Assembly: GCA_965229205.1 (NCBI GenBank)
Contig: CBDDIV010000003.1
Span: 2,363,576 to 2,427,575, forward strand
DNA: 64,000 nt
DNA from: Rhodoglobus sp.
GTDB taxonomy: Bacteria > Actinomycetota > Actinomycetes > Actinomycetales > Microbacteriaceae
Direction: 5' to 3'
The translations under genes and the position numbers were made by a program. Below, one piece after another: positions 21,801 to 30,725 of this stretch. Under the pieces are notes generated by a model that saw nothing but the letters and a program-made list of their open reading frames with translations, was not told the origin of the DNA and made no database searches. How positions within the stretch are numbered: the stretch's first letter is position 1; every line of letters starts with the position of its first letter.

Positions 21801-22479
21801 AAGCCGTTCGAACGAGCAGCCACGTGACCCACAGCAGCGCGGCATACAGCGGCACGCCGAGAATGAGCTTGAGAGTCGCGAGCGCCTGGGTGTTGCCAGC
21901 GAAATAGAGCGGCAGCTCCACGGCGAGCCTCAGCCCGAACAGCCCGCACCAGAGCACTGTGGCGATGACGGCGACCTTCACCTTCGCGCGATCCTGCCTC
22001 CAGGTCGAACCCTCCCCCGTGATGAGCGAGGCGATGACGCCGATCAGCGGCCAGCGGGCGGCCAGGCTGATGAGCAGCGCGAGGAGGAAGGCGGCGTTGA
22101 TCAGGAACCCGAAGACGAAGTTGTCCTCGGCGCGCCCCGTGAGAAGAGCGAGTCCCGCAGACAGGGCGATTCCCACAACGCCAGCGACAGCGGATGTCCA
22201 GGGTTGACGGGCAACGACTCGCACGAGCACGAAGATCACCGCGAGCCCCAGAGGAAACAGCACAGAAGGCAGAAGCTGCTGGGTGATCGTGTAGACCACG
22301 AGGAAGCCGAGGCCGGGCAGGATCGACTCGACGAGGCCACGAACCCCGCCCATCGCCGCGAGGAGGGCCGACCCGCTCGGGTTCTCGCCCGGCGCGACCT
22401 TGCCGAGACCTGAGCGTCGCGCCGCTGCGGCGAAGCTGTCGCGAATCGAGGGCGGGGTCGACTCCTGCTCGTCCGTCAT
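21778..22479 (-). CDS. DUF3159-family membrane protein
   Basis: GGVRGLVES..P, RAEDNF and RWPLIG motifs, with its usual position beside DUF3710 and dut. Confidence 0.85.
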   Translation of the reverse strand: MTDEQESTPPSIRDSFAAAARRSGLGKVAPGENPSGSALLAAMGGVRGLVESILPGLGFLVVYTITQQLLPSVLFPLGLAVIFVLVRVVARQPWTSAVAGVVGIALSAGLALLTGRAEDNFVFGFLINAAFLLALLISLAARWPLIGVIASLITGEGSTWRQDRAKVKVAVIATVLWCGLFGLRLAVELPLYFAGNTQALATLKLILGVPLYAALLWVTWLLVRTAYARPEPE

Positions 22480-23066
22480 GCCTGCTGACCTGTGGCGGGC
22501 ATGTGGAGCGGGATGAGGTCACGGGGAGGCATCGGGGTCGTGCCGCGCACGACAACGATCGAACGGTAGATCTCCTCGATCTGCTCCGCGGCCGCGGGAT
22601 CAGCCACGCCCTGGCCGGAGATCACACCGCGCAGGAACCAGCGGGGGCCATCAACACCGATGAAGCGCGCGAGGCGGGGCTGGCCGCCGGCGACAGGGAT
22701 CTCCGCAATCAACTCGGGGCCGAACACACCGTCGCGAGTCGAGATGCGTCCGCCCTGCTTGCTGATCTGGTCGACGATCTGCTCCCGGATCTCGTGCCAG
22801 AGCCCGCTCGAACGTGGAGCGGCGAATGGCTGCACCTGCAACGACGAACCGGCGTAGTCGAGACCGACTGCGACGACCCGTTTGGTGCTCTCCTCCACCT
22901 CGAGGCGCAGCGCAAGGTCGGTGCGCGGCAGGATCTTGACCCCACCGAGATCGACGTAGGGACGAACCGCGTTGGCTTCGCTCTCGTCGAGCGGCCCGGC
23001 CGTATCCCGGTCAGCGGGAGCCGACTTGGGATGCTCGACTGGCTGTAGATCAGATGCGTCGGTCAC
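22476..23066 (-). CDS. DUF3710-family protein
   Basis: YVDLGG, LQVQPFAAPRSSGLW and RFIGVDGPRWFLRG motifs. Confidence 0.88.
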   Translation of the reverse strand: MTDASDLQPVEHPKSAPADRDTAGPLDESEANAVRPYVDLGGVKILPRTDLALRLEVEESTKRVVAVGLDYAGSSLQVQPFAAPRSSGLWHEIREQIVDQISKQGGRISTRDGVFGPELIAEIPVAGGQPRLARFIGVDGPRWFLRGVISGQGVADPAAAEQIEEIYRSIVVVRGTTPMPPRDLIPLHMPATGQQA

Positions 23067-23530
23067 GACGTGACTCCTTCATTCGTGCTGTCAGCGGATC
23101 GCAAGCCGGTCGAGCCGAAGCCCGACTCCCCGCGATGACTTCCGGGCAGGGTGGTCACCGGGACGAAGCGCGCACGCGCCACCGGCATGATGATGAGTTG
23201 GGCGATCCGGTCCCCGACCTCGATGGAGAACGGCTGCTCGGCATCGGTGTTCAGCACGGTCACGCGAATCTCGCCGCGGTAGCCGGCATCCACTGTGCCT
23301 GGGCTGTTGACGATCGTGATGCCGTGCTTGGCCGCCAGCCCGCTTCGGGGAACGACGAACGCGACATAGCCGTCGGGAAGGGCGATCGACACCCCGGTCG
23401 GTACCGTCGCGCGCGCACCGGGAGTCAGAACGAAGGCCTCGGCCGCCATCAGGTCAGCGCCGGCATCCCCGGGATGAGCGTAGACGGGTACGACGGGGGA
23501 AGAAATCAGCACCTCGACGTTGTCGCTCAC
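23063..23530 (-). CDS. dut: dUTP diphosphatase
   Basis: GDAGADL, PRSGLA, GTVDAGYRGE, GDRIAQL and RGESGFGSTG motifs. Confidence 0.97.
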   Translation of the reverse strand: MSDNVEVLISSPVVPVYAHPGDAGADLMAAEAFVLTPGARATVPTGVSIALPDGYVAFVVPRSGLAAKHGITIVNSPGTVDAGYRGEIRVTVLNTDAEQPFSIEVGDRIAQLIIMPVARARFVPVTTLPGSHRGESGFGSTGLRSADSTNEGVTS

Positions 23531-23584
23531 GTGATGAGGGTAGTGCAGAACTCTGAACGGTCAGAAGTCTGGTCGAATAGTGTC

Positions 23585-24040
23585 ATGACGATCTATCGCG
23601 AGAAGCTCTGGCCCGCCCCGTGGCTGTTCATCAGCACCGCCCTGGTGATCCCGGCGAGCCTGCTCGTCTTTCTGCCTATCAATCAACTCGCCGGCATCAT
23701 CGTGGCCGCCGTGCTCTATCTGGCGATCATCGCGCTGCTCGTCATGGCGTCTCCCGTGATCGAGGTTACGGACACCCAATTCATCGCTGGTAAGGCCCGT
23801 CTGCCGATCGCCGTGATCGGCGGCTTGACCCCCCACCGAGGGGATGACGCACGCGCAGAGCGTGGACCGCGTCTCGATGCACGAGCCTGGCTGCTCATCC
23901 GCGGGTGGGTCGACCCCGTCCTGAGGGTGCAACTCATCGACGAGAAGGACCCGACGCCCTACTGGATCGTGTCCACCCGACACCCGGAGGCGATCATCGC
24001 CGCGGTCGATGAGGTCAGGCCGCGCACTCCTGGCAGATAG
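23585..24040 (+). CDS. DUF3093-family membrane protein
   Basis: YREKLWPAPW, two TM helices, GPxLDARAW and DPTPYWIVSTRHP motifs. Confidence 0.87.
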   Translation: MTIYREKLWPAPWLFISTALVIPASLLVFLPINQLAGIIVAAVLYLAIIALLVMASPVIEVTDTQFIAGKARLPIAVIGGLTPHRGDDARAERGPRLDARAWLLIRGWVDPVLRVQLIDEKDPTPYWIVSTRHPEAIIAAVDEVRPRTPGR

Positions 24041-24308
24041 GCCCCAGCTTCGTCTCGTGATCGATCTGCGAGCGGTGCTTCACCAGGAAGCAGTTGACGC
24101 AGGTGAACTCGTCGGCCTGAGGAGGCAGCACAACCACGTCGAGGTCGAGGTCGGAGAGATCCGCCCCCGCCAATTCGAAACTTCCCGGGTTGTCAGCGTC
24201 ATCCGCGTCGATTGAACCCGAGGTCTTGTCCGGGACGCGCTCCTTGAGGGCCTCGATCGACTCGGAGTCGTCGTCGGTCTTACGGGGTGCGTCGTAGTCG
24301 GTTGCCAT
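24015..24308 (-). CDS. DUF4193-family acidic Zn-finger protein
   Basis: MATDYDAPRK N-terminus, and C-terminal ADEFTCVNCFLVKHRSQ...CQEC (CxxC..H..CxxC). Confidence 0.9.
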   Translation of the reverse strand: MATDYDAPRKTDDDSESIEALKERVPDKTSGSIDADDADNPGSFELAGADLSDLDLDVVVLPPQADEFTCVNCFLVKHRSQIDHETKLGPICQECAA

Positions 24309-24430
24309 GCCCATCCACTTCTGTATGCGTCGTTTCTCAGTGCTGCGTAACGAAATCGGCGGGGACAGTGTGCATCATCCCAAGGGGAATAGCAAACCGC
24401 TGAACGACCGTCGCGTTGACGCTAGACGAA

Positions 24431-24458
24431 CAACTTGCGGCACGCCTGTTCTATTCCC
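24431..24458 (-). promoter_or_regulatory. SigH/SigR-type ECF promoter (GGAAT-N18-GTT) facing the DUF4193 gene
   Basis: Minus strand reads GGGAAT-agaacaggcgtgccgcaa(18 nt)-GTTG. Confidence 0.65.
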
Positions 24459-24519
24459 GGGAAACGCTGGTCAGTCGTGTCATCCTTGTGGCAATCGTGA
24501 CGGCTGGAGGGCATTCAGC

Positions 24520-25554
24520 ATGCAGGACCTGCAGGTAATCGGAGTGGAGAACGGCGCACTCGTCGTCGCCTCCGACGACGGTACGCGCTTCCGTCTCCCC
24601 ATCGATGATGTGCTCCAGTCGAAGGTTCGACAGAGCATTCCCGACACCGGGGAGGGGCGCAAGCTCGCGCCCAAGGAGATCCAGGCCCACATTCGCTCGG
24701 GCATGTCTGCGCAGGATGTCGCCTCGATCACCGGCGCCCCGCTCGACTACATCCAGCGCTTCGAGGGGCCTGTGATCGCCGAGCGCGAGTTCGTGGTCAC
24801 CTCCGCGCTTGCGGTCGCGGTGCACACGGCGGCGGACACCGACCCGCTACGGCAGGGCAAGACCTTCGGAACGGCCATCCGCGAGCGGCTGCACGACCTG
24901 GGCGGAACCAATGAGCGCTGGGCCAGCTGGAAGGATGCCGCGAGCGGCTGGGTCGTCAAGCTCTCGTTCACCGCCAACCAGATCGATCACGATGCCCGAT
25001 GGCAGTTCGATCCCAAGAAGCACACGCTGAGCCCTCTCAACAACGAGGCAATCACCCTCTCCCAGCAGGGCGAGGCGGCGGGCACCCTGGTTCCTCGGCT
25101 GCGGGCAGTGTCGACCGACGAGCCGACAATCGATGCCTCACGGTTCGACAGCGGAGCCTTCGCGATTGCCGACTCCGACCTGGCTGGCCCAGATCTTCCC
25201 ATGGATGCGACGGCGCCCGTATCGCTCGCTCCGGCGTCGATCAGCCCGGCGAACGCCCCCGCGGCCAGCGACGACGAGCCGGTGCACGGCAATCAGACCG
25301 CCGACCTCCTCGAGGCCCTGCGCCGCCGGCGTGGGGAGCGGGAGTCAGCACCGTTCGAGGACGACGAGCGCGCCTCGCATCCGTCGACCGGCGGCATTCG
25401 CATAGTGGACGTGCCGACGGACGGCCCCGGCGATGAAGGGCCGTCCCCTCGCCGCACGGCGCCGCAGCCGACGGTTCGCAAGAAGGGCCGCGCGACGATG
25501 CCGAGCTGGGACGAGATCGTCTTCGGCGCGCGCCCCGACGACGACCTGGCCTAG
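24520..25554 (+). CDS. sepH: Septation protein SepH (DUF3071)
   Basis: N-terminal DUF3071 (LAPKEIQAHIRSG, RFEGPVIAER), a disordered middle region, and C-terminal RATMPSWDEIVFG. Confidence 0.9.
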   Translation: MQDLQVIGVENGALVVASDDGTRFRLPIDDVLQSKVRQSIPDTGEGRKLAPKEIQAHIRSGMSAQDVASITGAPLDYIQRFEGPVIAEREFVVTSALAVAVHTAADTDPLRQGKTFGTAIRERLHDLGGTNERWASWKDAASGWVVKLSFTANQIDHDARWQFDPKKHTLSPLNNEAITLSQQGEAAGTLVPRLRAVSTDEPTIDASRFDSGAFAIADSDLAGPDLPMDATAPVSLAPASISPANAPAASDDEPVHGNQTADLLEALRRRRGERESAPFEDDERASHPSTGGIRIVDVPTDGPGDEGPSPRRTAPQPTVRKKGRATMPSWDEIVFGARPDDDLA

Positions 25555-26690
25555 GCCGCGAAAGCCCCGAAACGCAGCAGCGGGACGCGCAGCTCGGGCT
25601 GCGTCGCGGAGCCGTGCTGACCGATCATCGCTCGGGCGTGCGGGCTTGCGGTGCGGGGGTCGTAGTAGGCGATCGACTTGCGGGCGGCGACGATGATGTC
25701 TCCGATCCTTGGCGCGACGTCGGGTCGCACCGCTCCCAGCCAGCCGGACTGCACGAACTCGTCGCGAGTCAGCACCCAGGAGCGGTCGGACTCGGCCGCG
25801 CGCCACTGGTCGACCAGGGCCGCCCGCAGCGTCGCAGAGAGGTCGGGTTCGAAATGCAGTTGCAGGCACCGCGGTTCCCCCGCCACGAACCGAATACCGT
25901 CGAGCAGGGCCGGGGCAGAGTCGATGAGCACATGAGATCGGGTGGGAACGTCGATGATCCCGTGATCGGCGGTGACGAGCAGACCCGCACGTGGGCCCAG
26001 CGCCGCCACCAAGTCGCGCACGGCCGAGTCAGTCGCCTCCAAGGCGGCCGTCCACTCGCGCGACTCCCAGCCGTGGGCGTGGGCGGCCATGTCTAGCTCG
26101 GGTACGTACACGTAGATGAGGCCGGGGGGACCCGGCTGTGCTGCGAGTTCGGCGGCACGCTGCATCCGTGCGGAGATGGATGACCCACTCACGTACTGCG
26201 CGCCCCGCAGGACCGCGCGCGTGAAGCCGGAGTCGCGGTACCTCTCTGTTCCGACGGCGGCCGCACCCAAGCCCGCCGCGGAAGCCCGCTCGAAGACGGT
26301 GGGTTGGAGTTGCCAGGTTGCGGGATCGAGATTGTCATCCCACCCCGAGAGCTGATTGACGACTCGGTCATGGGCGCTGTCGAGCACGCTGTAGCCGACG
26401 AGTCCGTGCTGGCCGGGCAGCTGGCCGGTGGTGAGCGAAGCAAGGGCCGCCGCGGTGGTGGTCGGGAACCCCGCCTCGATCACCGACTTGGTCGTGAGGG
26501 CACCGCACAGCGTGCGAGCGTGACCCGCCGTCGCCTTCAGGGCCTCGGCGCCGAGACCATCCACGAGCAGCACCACGGCGCGTTCGATGGGCGGCAAACC
26601 GAGCCGATTGCCCTGTCCCTGAATCGCGCTGAGACAACTTTCCAGCACATCGGCAAGGCTCAACCCGTCTGGTTTGGGCGCCGGTAACAT
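25551..26690 (-). CDS. Alkaline phosphatase / nucleotide pyrophosphatase family protein
   Basis: LVDGLG, FPTTTA (Thr nucleophile), DxxxH, TADHG and GQHG motifs. Confidence 0.9.
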   Translation of the reverse strand: MLPAPKPDGLSLADVLESCLSAIQGQGNRLGLPPIERAVVLLVDGLGAEALKATAGHARTLCGALTTKSVIEAGFPTTTAAALASLTTGQLPGQHGLVGYSVLDSAHDRVVNQLSGWDDNLDPATWQLQPTVFERASAAGLGAAAVGTERYRDSGFTRAVLRGAQYVSGSSISARMQRAAELAAQPGPPGLIYVYVPELDMAAHAHGWESREWTAALEATDSAVRDLVAALGPRAGLLVTADHGIIDVPTRSHVLIDSAPALLDGIRFVAGEPRCLQLHFEPDLSATLRAALVDQWRAAESDRSWVLTRDEFVQSGWLGAVRPDVAPRIGDIIVAARKSIAYYDPRTASPHARAMIGQHGSATQPELRVPLLRFGAFAA

Positions 26691-26702
26691 GGGGGCAATC
26701 CT

Positions 26703-29171
26703 ATGGCTACCCCAGAAAATCCCTCCGCCGTCACGCCCTCCGCCGACTCCAGAACTGGCGAACGCATCGAGGACGTCGATGTGTCAGCCGAGATGCAGGG
26801 CTCGTTCCTCGAGTACGCCTACTCGGTCATCTACTCCCGTGCACTGCCCGACGCCCGCGACGGGCTCAAGCCGGTGCAGCGTCGCATCCTGTACCAGATG
26901 ACCGAGATGGGCCTTCGGCCCGACCGGGGCCACGTGAAGTCCTCGCGGGTTGTCGGCGACGTCATGGGCAAGCTGCACCCGCACGGCGACGCCTCGATCT
27001 ATGACGCACTCGTGCGGCTCACCCAGGACTTCGTGCTGCGCGTTCCGCTCATCGATGGCCACGGCAACTTCGGAACCCTCGACGATGGACCGGCCGCACC
27101 GCGCTACACCGAGGCCCGCCTGCAGGCCGCAGCACTCGCGATGACCGACGGTCTCGACGAAGACGTCGTCGACTTCGTGCCGAACTACGACAACTCACTG
27201 ACGCAGCCCGAGGTGTTGCCGTCGGCCTTCCCCAATCTGCTCGTCAACGGAGCGAGTGGCATCGCCGTCGGCATGGCCACGAACATGGCACCCCACAACC
27301 TCATCGAGGTCGTGGGAGCGGCGCGACACCTCCTGGACCACCCCGACGCGAGTCTCGAAGACCTCATGTCGTTCGTACCGGGACCGGACCTGCCGACCGG
27401 TGGCACGATCATCGGTCTCGAGGGAATCCGGGATGCCTACGCGACCGGCCGCGGAGCGTTCAAGACGCGCGCAAAGGTGTCGGTGGAGGCGATCACGGCC
27501 CGCAAGACCGGGCTCGTCGTCACCGAGCTGCCCTACCTCATCGGCACCGAGCGGGTGATCGAGAAGATCAAGGACGGCGTCAACTCCAAGCGCATCAACG
27601 GCATCTCCGATGTCACCGACCTCACCGATCGCAAGCACGGCATGCGACTCGTGATCGGCATCAAGACCGGCTTCAGCCCGGATGCCGTGCTCGAGCAGCT
27701 CTACCGTCTCACCCCCCTCGAAGACAGCTTCTCGATCAACAACGTCGCCCTCGTCGGCGGCGGACCGCGCACGCTGGGCCTCAAGGAACTGCTTCAGGTC
27801 TACCTCGACCATCGTCTGGCGGTCGTCCGTCGCCGCAGCGAGTACCGGCTCGCGCGCCGACGAGAACGGCTTCACCTCGTCGAGGGTCTGCTGATCGCGA
27901 TCCTGGATATTGACGAGGTCATTCAGGTCATTCGCCAGAGCGACGACAGCGATCAGGCCCGTGCGAGGCTCATCGATGTCTTCGACCTGAGCGAGCTGCA
28001 GGCCGAGTACATCCTGGAGCTGCGGCTGCGCCGACTGACCAAGTTCAGCCGGATCGAGCTGGAGGCTGAAGCCGACAAGCTGCGCGCCGAGATCGCCTAC
28101 CTCGAGGGCGTTCTGGCCGATCCCGCCCGCATCCGTCAGCTCGTCTCCGAGGAGCTCGAGCAGGTCGCTGAGCGATTCGGCACACCGCGACGCACCCTGC
28201 TCACCGAGGCGCGCGCATCCGTCGCCACCACCTCGGCGGCCCGCAAGGCGGCGCCGGTGCTGGAGATCGCGGATGCACCCTGTGAGGTGCTGCTGTCGAC
28301 CACCGGCCGCGCCATCCGAATCGATCTGCCCGAGGACGGCAGCCCGCTCGCGGCCGCCCGGCGTCGCAGCAGGCACGATGCGATCAGGTCCCGCGTGACC
28401 ACGACGAGTCGTACCGAGATCGGGGCCGTCACCAGTACCGGGCGCCTCATCCGTCTCACCGCCGTCGACCTGCCGAGCGTTCCCGCGAATTCGATCCAGC
28501 TCGCGGCCGGCGCCAAGATCACGGAATACTTGGCGATCGGATCCAAGGAGCGGGTGCTCGGTCTCGTGACGCTCGACGGCGAGCCGATCGCGCTCGGAAC
28601 CCGCCAGGGAACCGTCAAACGTGTCGCGCCCGGCTCGTGGCCGAGCAAGCCCGAGTTCGAGATCATCTCGCTCAAGCCGGGCGACGAGGTCGTCGGAGTG
28701 TCGCAGGGAGGCGACGGCGATGAGCTCGTCTTCGTGACCTCGGATGCGCAGCTGCTGCACTTCGGTGCGTCCGCCGTGCGGCCGCAGGGACCATCAGCCG
28801 GCGGAATGGCGGGTATCAACCTGAGCGCGAAGGCGACGGTCACCTACTTCGGCTCCGTCGACCCGGCCGCCGACAATGTCGTGGTGACGCTCTCGACATC
28901 GGTGGCCACGATCGCCGGCGCCGACCCCGGGCGCGGCAAGGTGTCGCCGCTGTCCGAGTTCCCCGGAAAGGGGCGCGCGACCGGCGGTGTGCGAGCGCAC
29001 AGTTTCCTGAAGGGTGAGGACGTTCTCGCGCTGGCGTGGGTCGGGGCGGCCCCAGCGAATGCTGTGGGAACCGACGGGTCGATCAGGACGCTGCCCGAGA
29101 CGGGCGCCAAGCGGGACGCCTCCGGCACTCCGCTCGACGGCGTAGTGGGCTCGGTCGGGTCATCCGTCTAG
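26703..29171 (+). CDS. parC: DNA topoisomerase IV subunit A (GyrA/ParC family)
   Basis: RDGLKPVQRR, HPHGD and AAPRYTEARL motifs with a C-terminal pinwheel. Lies near sigA/parE rather than at oriC. Confidence 0.92.
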   Translation: MATPENPSAVTPSADSRTGERIEDVDVSAEMQGSFLEYAYSVIYSRALPDARDGLKPVQRRILYQMTEMGLRPDRGHVKSSRVVGDVMGKLHPHGDASIYDALVRLTQDFVLRVPLIDGHGNFGTLDDGPAAPRYTEARLQAAALAMTDGLDEDVVDFVPNYDNSLTQPEVLPSAFPNLLVNGASGIAVGMATNMAPHNLIEVVGAARHLLDHPDASLEDLMSFVPGPDLPTGGTIIGLEGIRDAYATGRGAFKTRAKVSVEAITARKTGLVVTELPYLIGTERVIEKIKDGVNSKRINGISDVTDLTDRKHGMRLVIGIKTGFSPDAVLEQLYRLTPLEDSFSINNVALVGGGPRTLGLKELLQVYLDHRLAVVRRRSEYRLARRRERLHLVEGLLIAILDIDEVIQVIRQSDDSDQARARLIDVFDLSELQAEYILELRLRRLTKFSRIELEAEADKLRAEIAYLEGVLADPARIRQLVSEELEQVAERFGTPRRTLLTEARASVATTSAARKAAPVLEIADAPCEVLLSTTGRAIRIDLPEDGSPLAAARRRSRHDAIRSRVTTTSRTEIGAVTSTGRLIRLTAVDLPSVPANSIQLAAGAKITEYLAIGSKERVLGLVTLDGEPIALGTRQGTVKRVAPGSWPSKPEFEIISLKPGDEVVGVSQGGDGDELVFVTSDAQLLHFGASAVRPQGPSAGGMAGINLSAKATVTYFGSVDPAADNVVVTLSTSVATIAGADPGRGKVSPLSEFPGKGRATGGVRAHSFLKGEDVLALAWVGAAPANAVGTDGSIRTLPETGAKRDASGTPLDGVVGSVGSSV

Positions 29172-29178
29172 CAGACCG

Positions 29179-30696
29179 CTAGATGTGGGGCACGAACTCC
29201 TGCCAGGCGACTCGTCGCGCCCGGCGCGGGTCTTCCTCCACGCGATCGGTTCGGTCGATGATCAGCGTGCGCCGCTTCTTGGCGGTGTAGCGCGGCCAAT
29301 CGGATCCCACCTCCCCGGTGCGGGCGAAACTCAGCCAGTGCCGCTGCATGCGCACCCCCGCGCGTTTGAAAGCCGCGCGTCCACCTGCGGCCCCGATGCC
29401 GCGACCGAAGAGGCCGTCCATCCGGTCGAAGAGAGCGAAGAGCTCGAGCCCGTGCGTGGCGTCCAGACCCGCCCAGCGCAGCAGGCGGGGCGCGATGTCA
29501 AACCGGTAGAAGTACACGGGGGCGAATCGCGCGTGCCGCTCGGCCACCTTCACCGAGGGGTACCAGAACGAGTAGTCGCCAGCGAAGTCGGCCGCCGGTC
29601 GGGGCGCGGGCAAGCCCGGGTATTGGGCCTTGACCGCCTTGCGCGAGCGTTTGCGGGTCTTCGCGAAGATCGCACGGATGCGCGGCGGCGTGGTCGCGAG
29701 GATGTCCAGTCGTCCGCGGAACAGCGATCCCTCCCGATCGTTGGTGCCGATGATCAGGGGAACGCGGTGGGCGCGCCCGGCCTTGAAGGCGTCGAGGGGA
29801 CGCTCCGGCACGAACTCGCCGTCGATCACCGGCGCGAGCGCGATGGTTCCCGGGGTCTCGTCAGGCGCGCGCAGCTGCATCTTCGTCGTTGCTGCGACCA
29901 GTTGATCGACCGGCGCGGCCATCAGCAGCTGGCCAGCATCCTCCGGGCTCGTGCTCTCGGTGCTCGTGTTGTCGACGGCGGCACTCAGTAGCTCGACGTA
30001 CTCGCGGGCCCACCCGGCAGTGATCTCAGCGGGATAGATCGCGTTCGGCGGTGCACTCTGGGCGATGGCGCGAGCGAAGAGTCCCTCCGCGCGGGGCACG
30101 GTCATGAGGGTCGTCACGGCGTTCCCACCGGCGGACTCGCCGAAGAGAGTCACGTTGGCGGGATCACCGCCGAACGCGGCGATGTTGTCGCGCACCCACT
30201 CAAGTGCTGCGACCTGGTCGCGCAGGCCGAGGTTGTTGTCGAAGCGGTGCGAGCGTGTCGAGAAGGAGCTGAAGTCCAGGTAGCCGAGCGCACCCAACCG
30301 GTAGTTGAAGTTCACGAAGATGACACCACCCGAGCGCACGAGCCCTTCGCCCTGCTTGTGGATCTCGCGAGCGGATCCCACGCTGTAGGCGCCGCCGTGC
30401 ACGAACACCATCACGGGCATCCGCTCGCCCGGCTCGGCCGGCGCGATCACGTTGAGGGTGAGGCAGTCCTCGGACATGGGGGCATTGGTGCGCACCCGGA
30501 ACTGTCCGTTGCGGTCCTGTGGTGCGATCGGCCCGAACTCCGAGGCGTCCCGGATGCCCGCCCACGGCGTAACAGCGGCGGGTGCCCTGAACCGCAGCTC
30601 GCCGACGGGCGCCGCCGCATAGGGGATGCCCCGCCACATCCGCAGGCCGCGCCGGACGGTGCCCTCAAGTACTCCCCCGGTCACCTCAACTCTCAC
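29179..30696 (-). CDS. Type-B carboxylesterase/lipase
   Basis: GIPYAAAPVGELRF, SEDCLTLN, HGGAY, FGESAG, GTNDREG and ATHGLE motifs. Confidence 0.92.
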   Translation of the reverse strand: MRVEVTGGVLEGTVRRGLRMWRGIPYAAAPVGELRFRAPAAVTPWAGIRDASEFGPIAPQDRNGQFRVRTNAPMSEDCLTLNVIAPAEPGERMPVMVFVHGGAYSVGSAREIHKQGEGLVRSGGVIFVNFNYRLGALGYLDFSSFSTRSHRFDNNLGLRDQVAALEWVRDNIAAFGGDPANVTLFGESAGGNAVTTLMTVPRAEGLFARAIAQSAPPNAIYPAEITAGWAREYVELLSAAVDNTSTESTSPEDAGQLLMAAPVDQLVAATTKMQLRAPDETPGTIALAPVIDGEFVPERPLDAFKAGRAHRVPLIIGTNDREGSLFRGRLDILATTPPRIRAIFAKTRKRSRKAVKAQYPGLPAPRPAADFAGDYSFWYPSVKVAERHARFAPVYFYRFDIAPRLLRWAGLDATHGLELFALFDRMDGLFGRGIGAAGGRAAFKRAGVRMQRHWLSFARTGEVGSDWPRYTAKKRRTLIIDRTDRVEEDPRRARRVAWQEFVPHI

Positions 30697-30725
30697 GCCC
30701 GCATTCTAGGCAGTGCGAGTGACCG

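Noticed and set aside
24385-24418. Plus-strand SigH-type promoter for sepH (GGGAAT at 24385)
   Set aside because: At 18-19 nt spacing the -10 reads CGTC/GTC, and the nearest GTT is about 25 nt away. Only the minus-strand copy fits the consensus.
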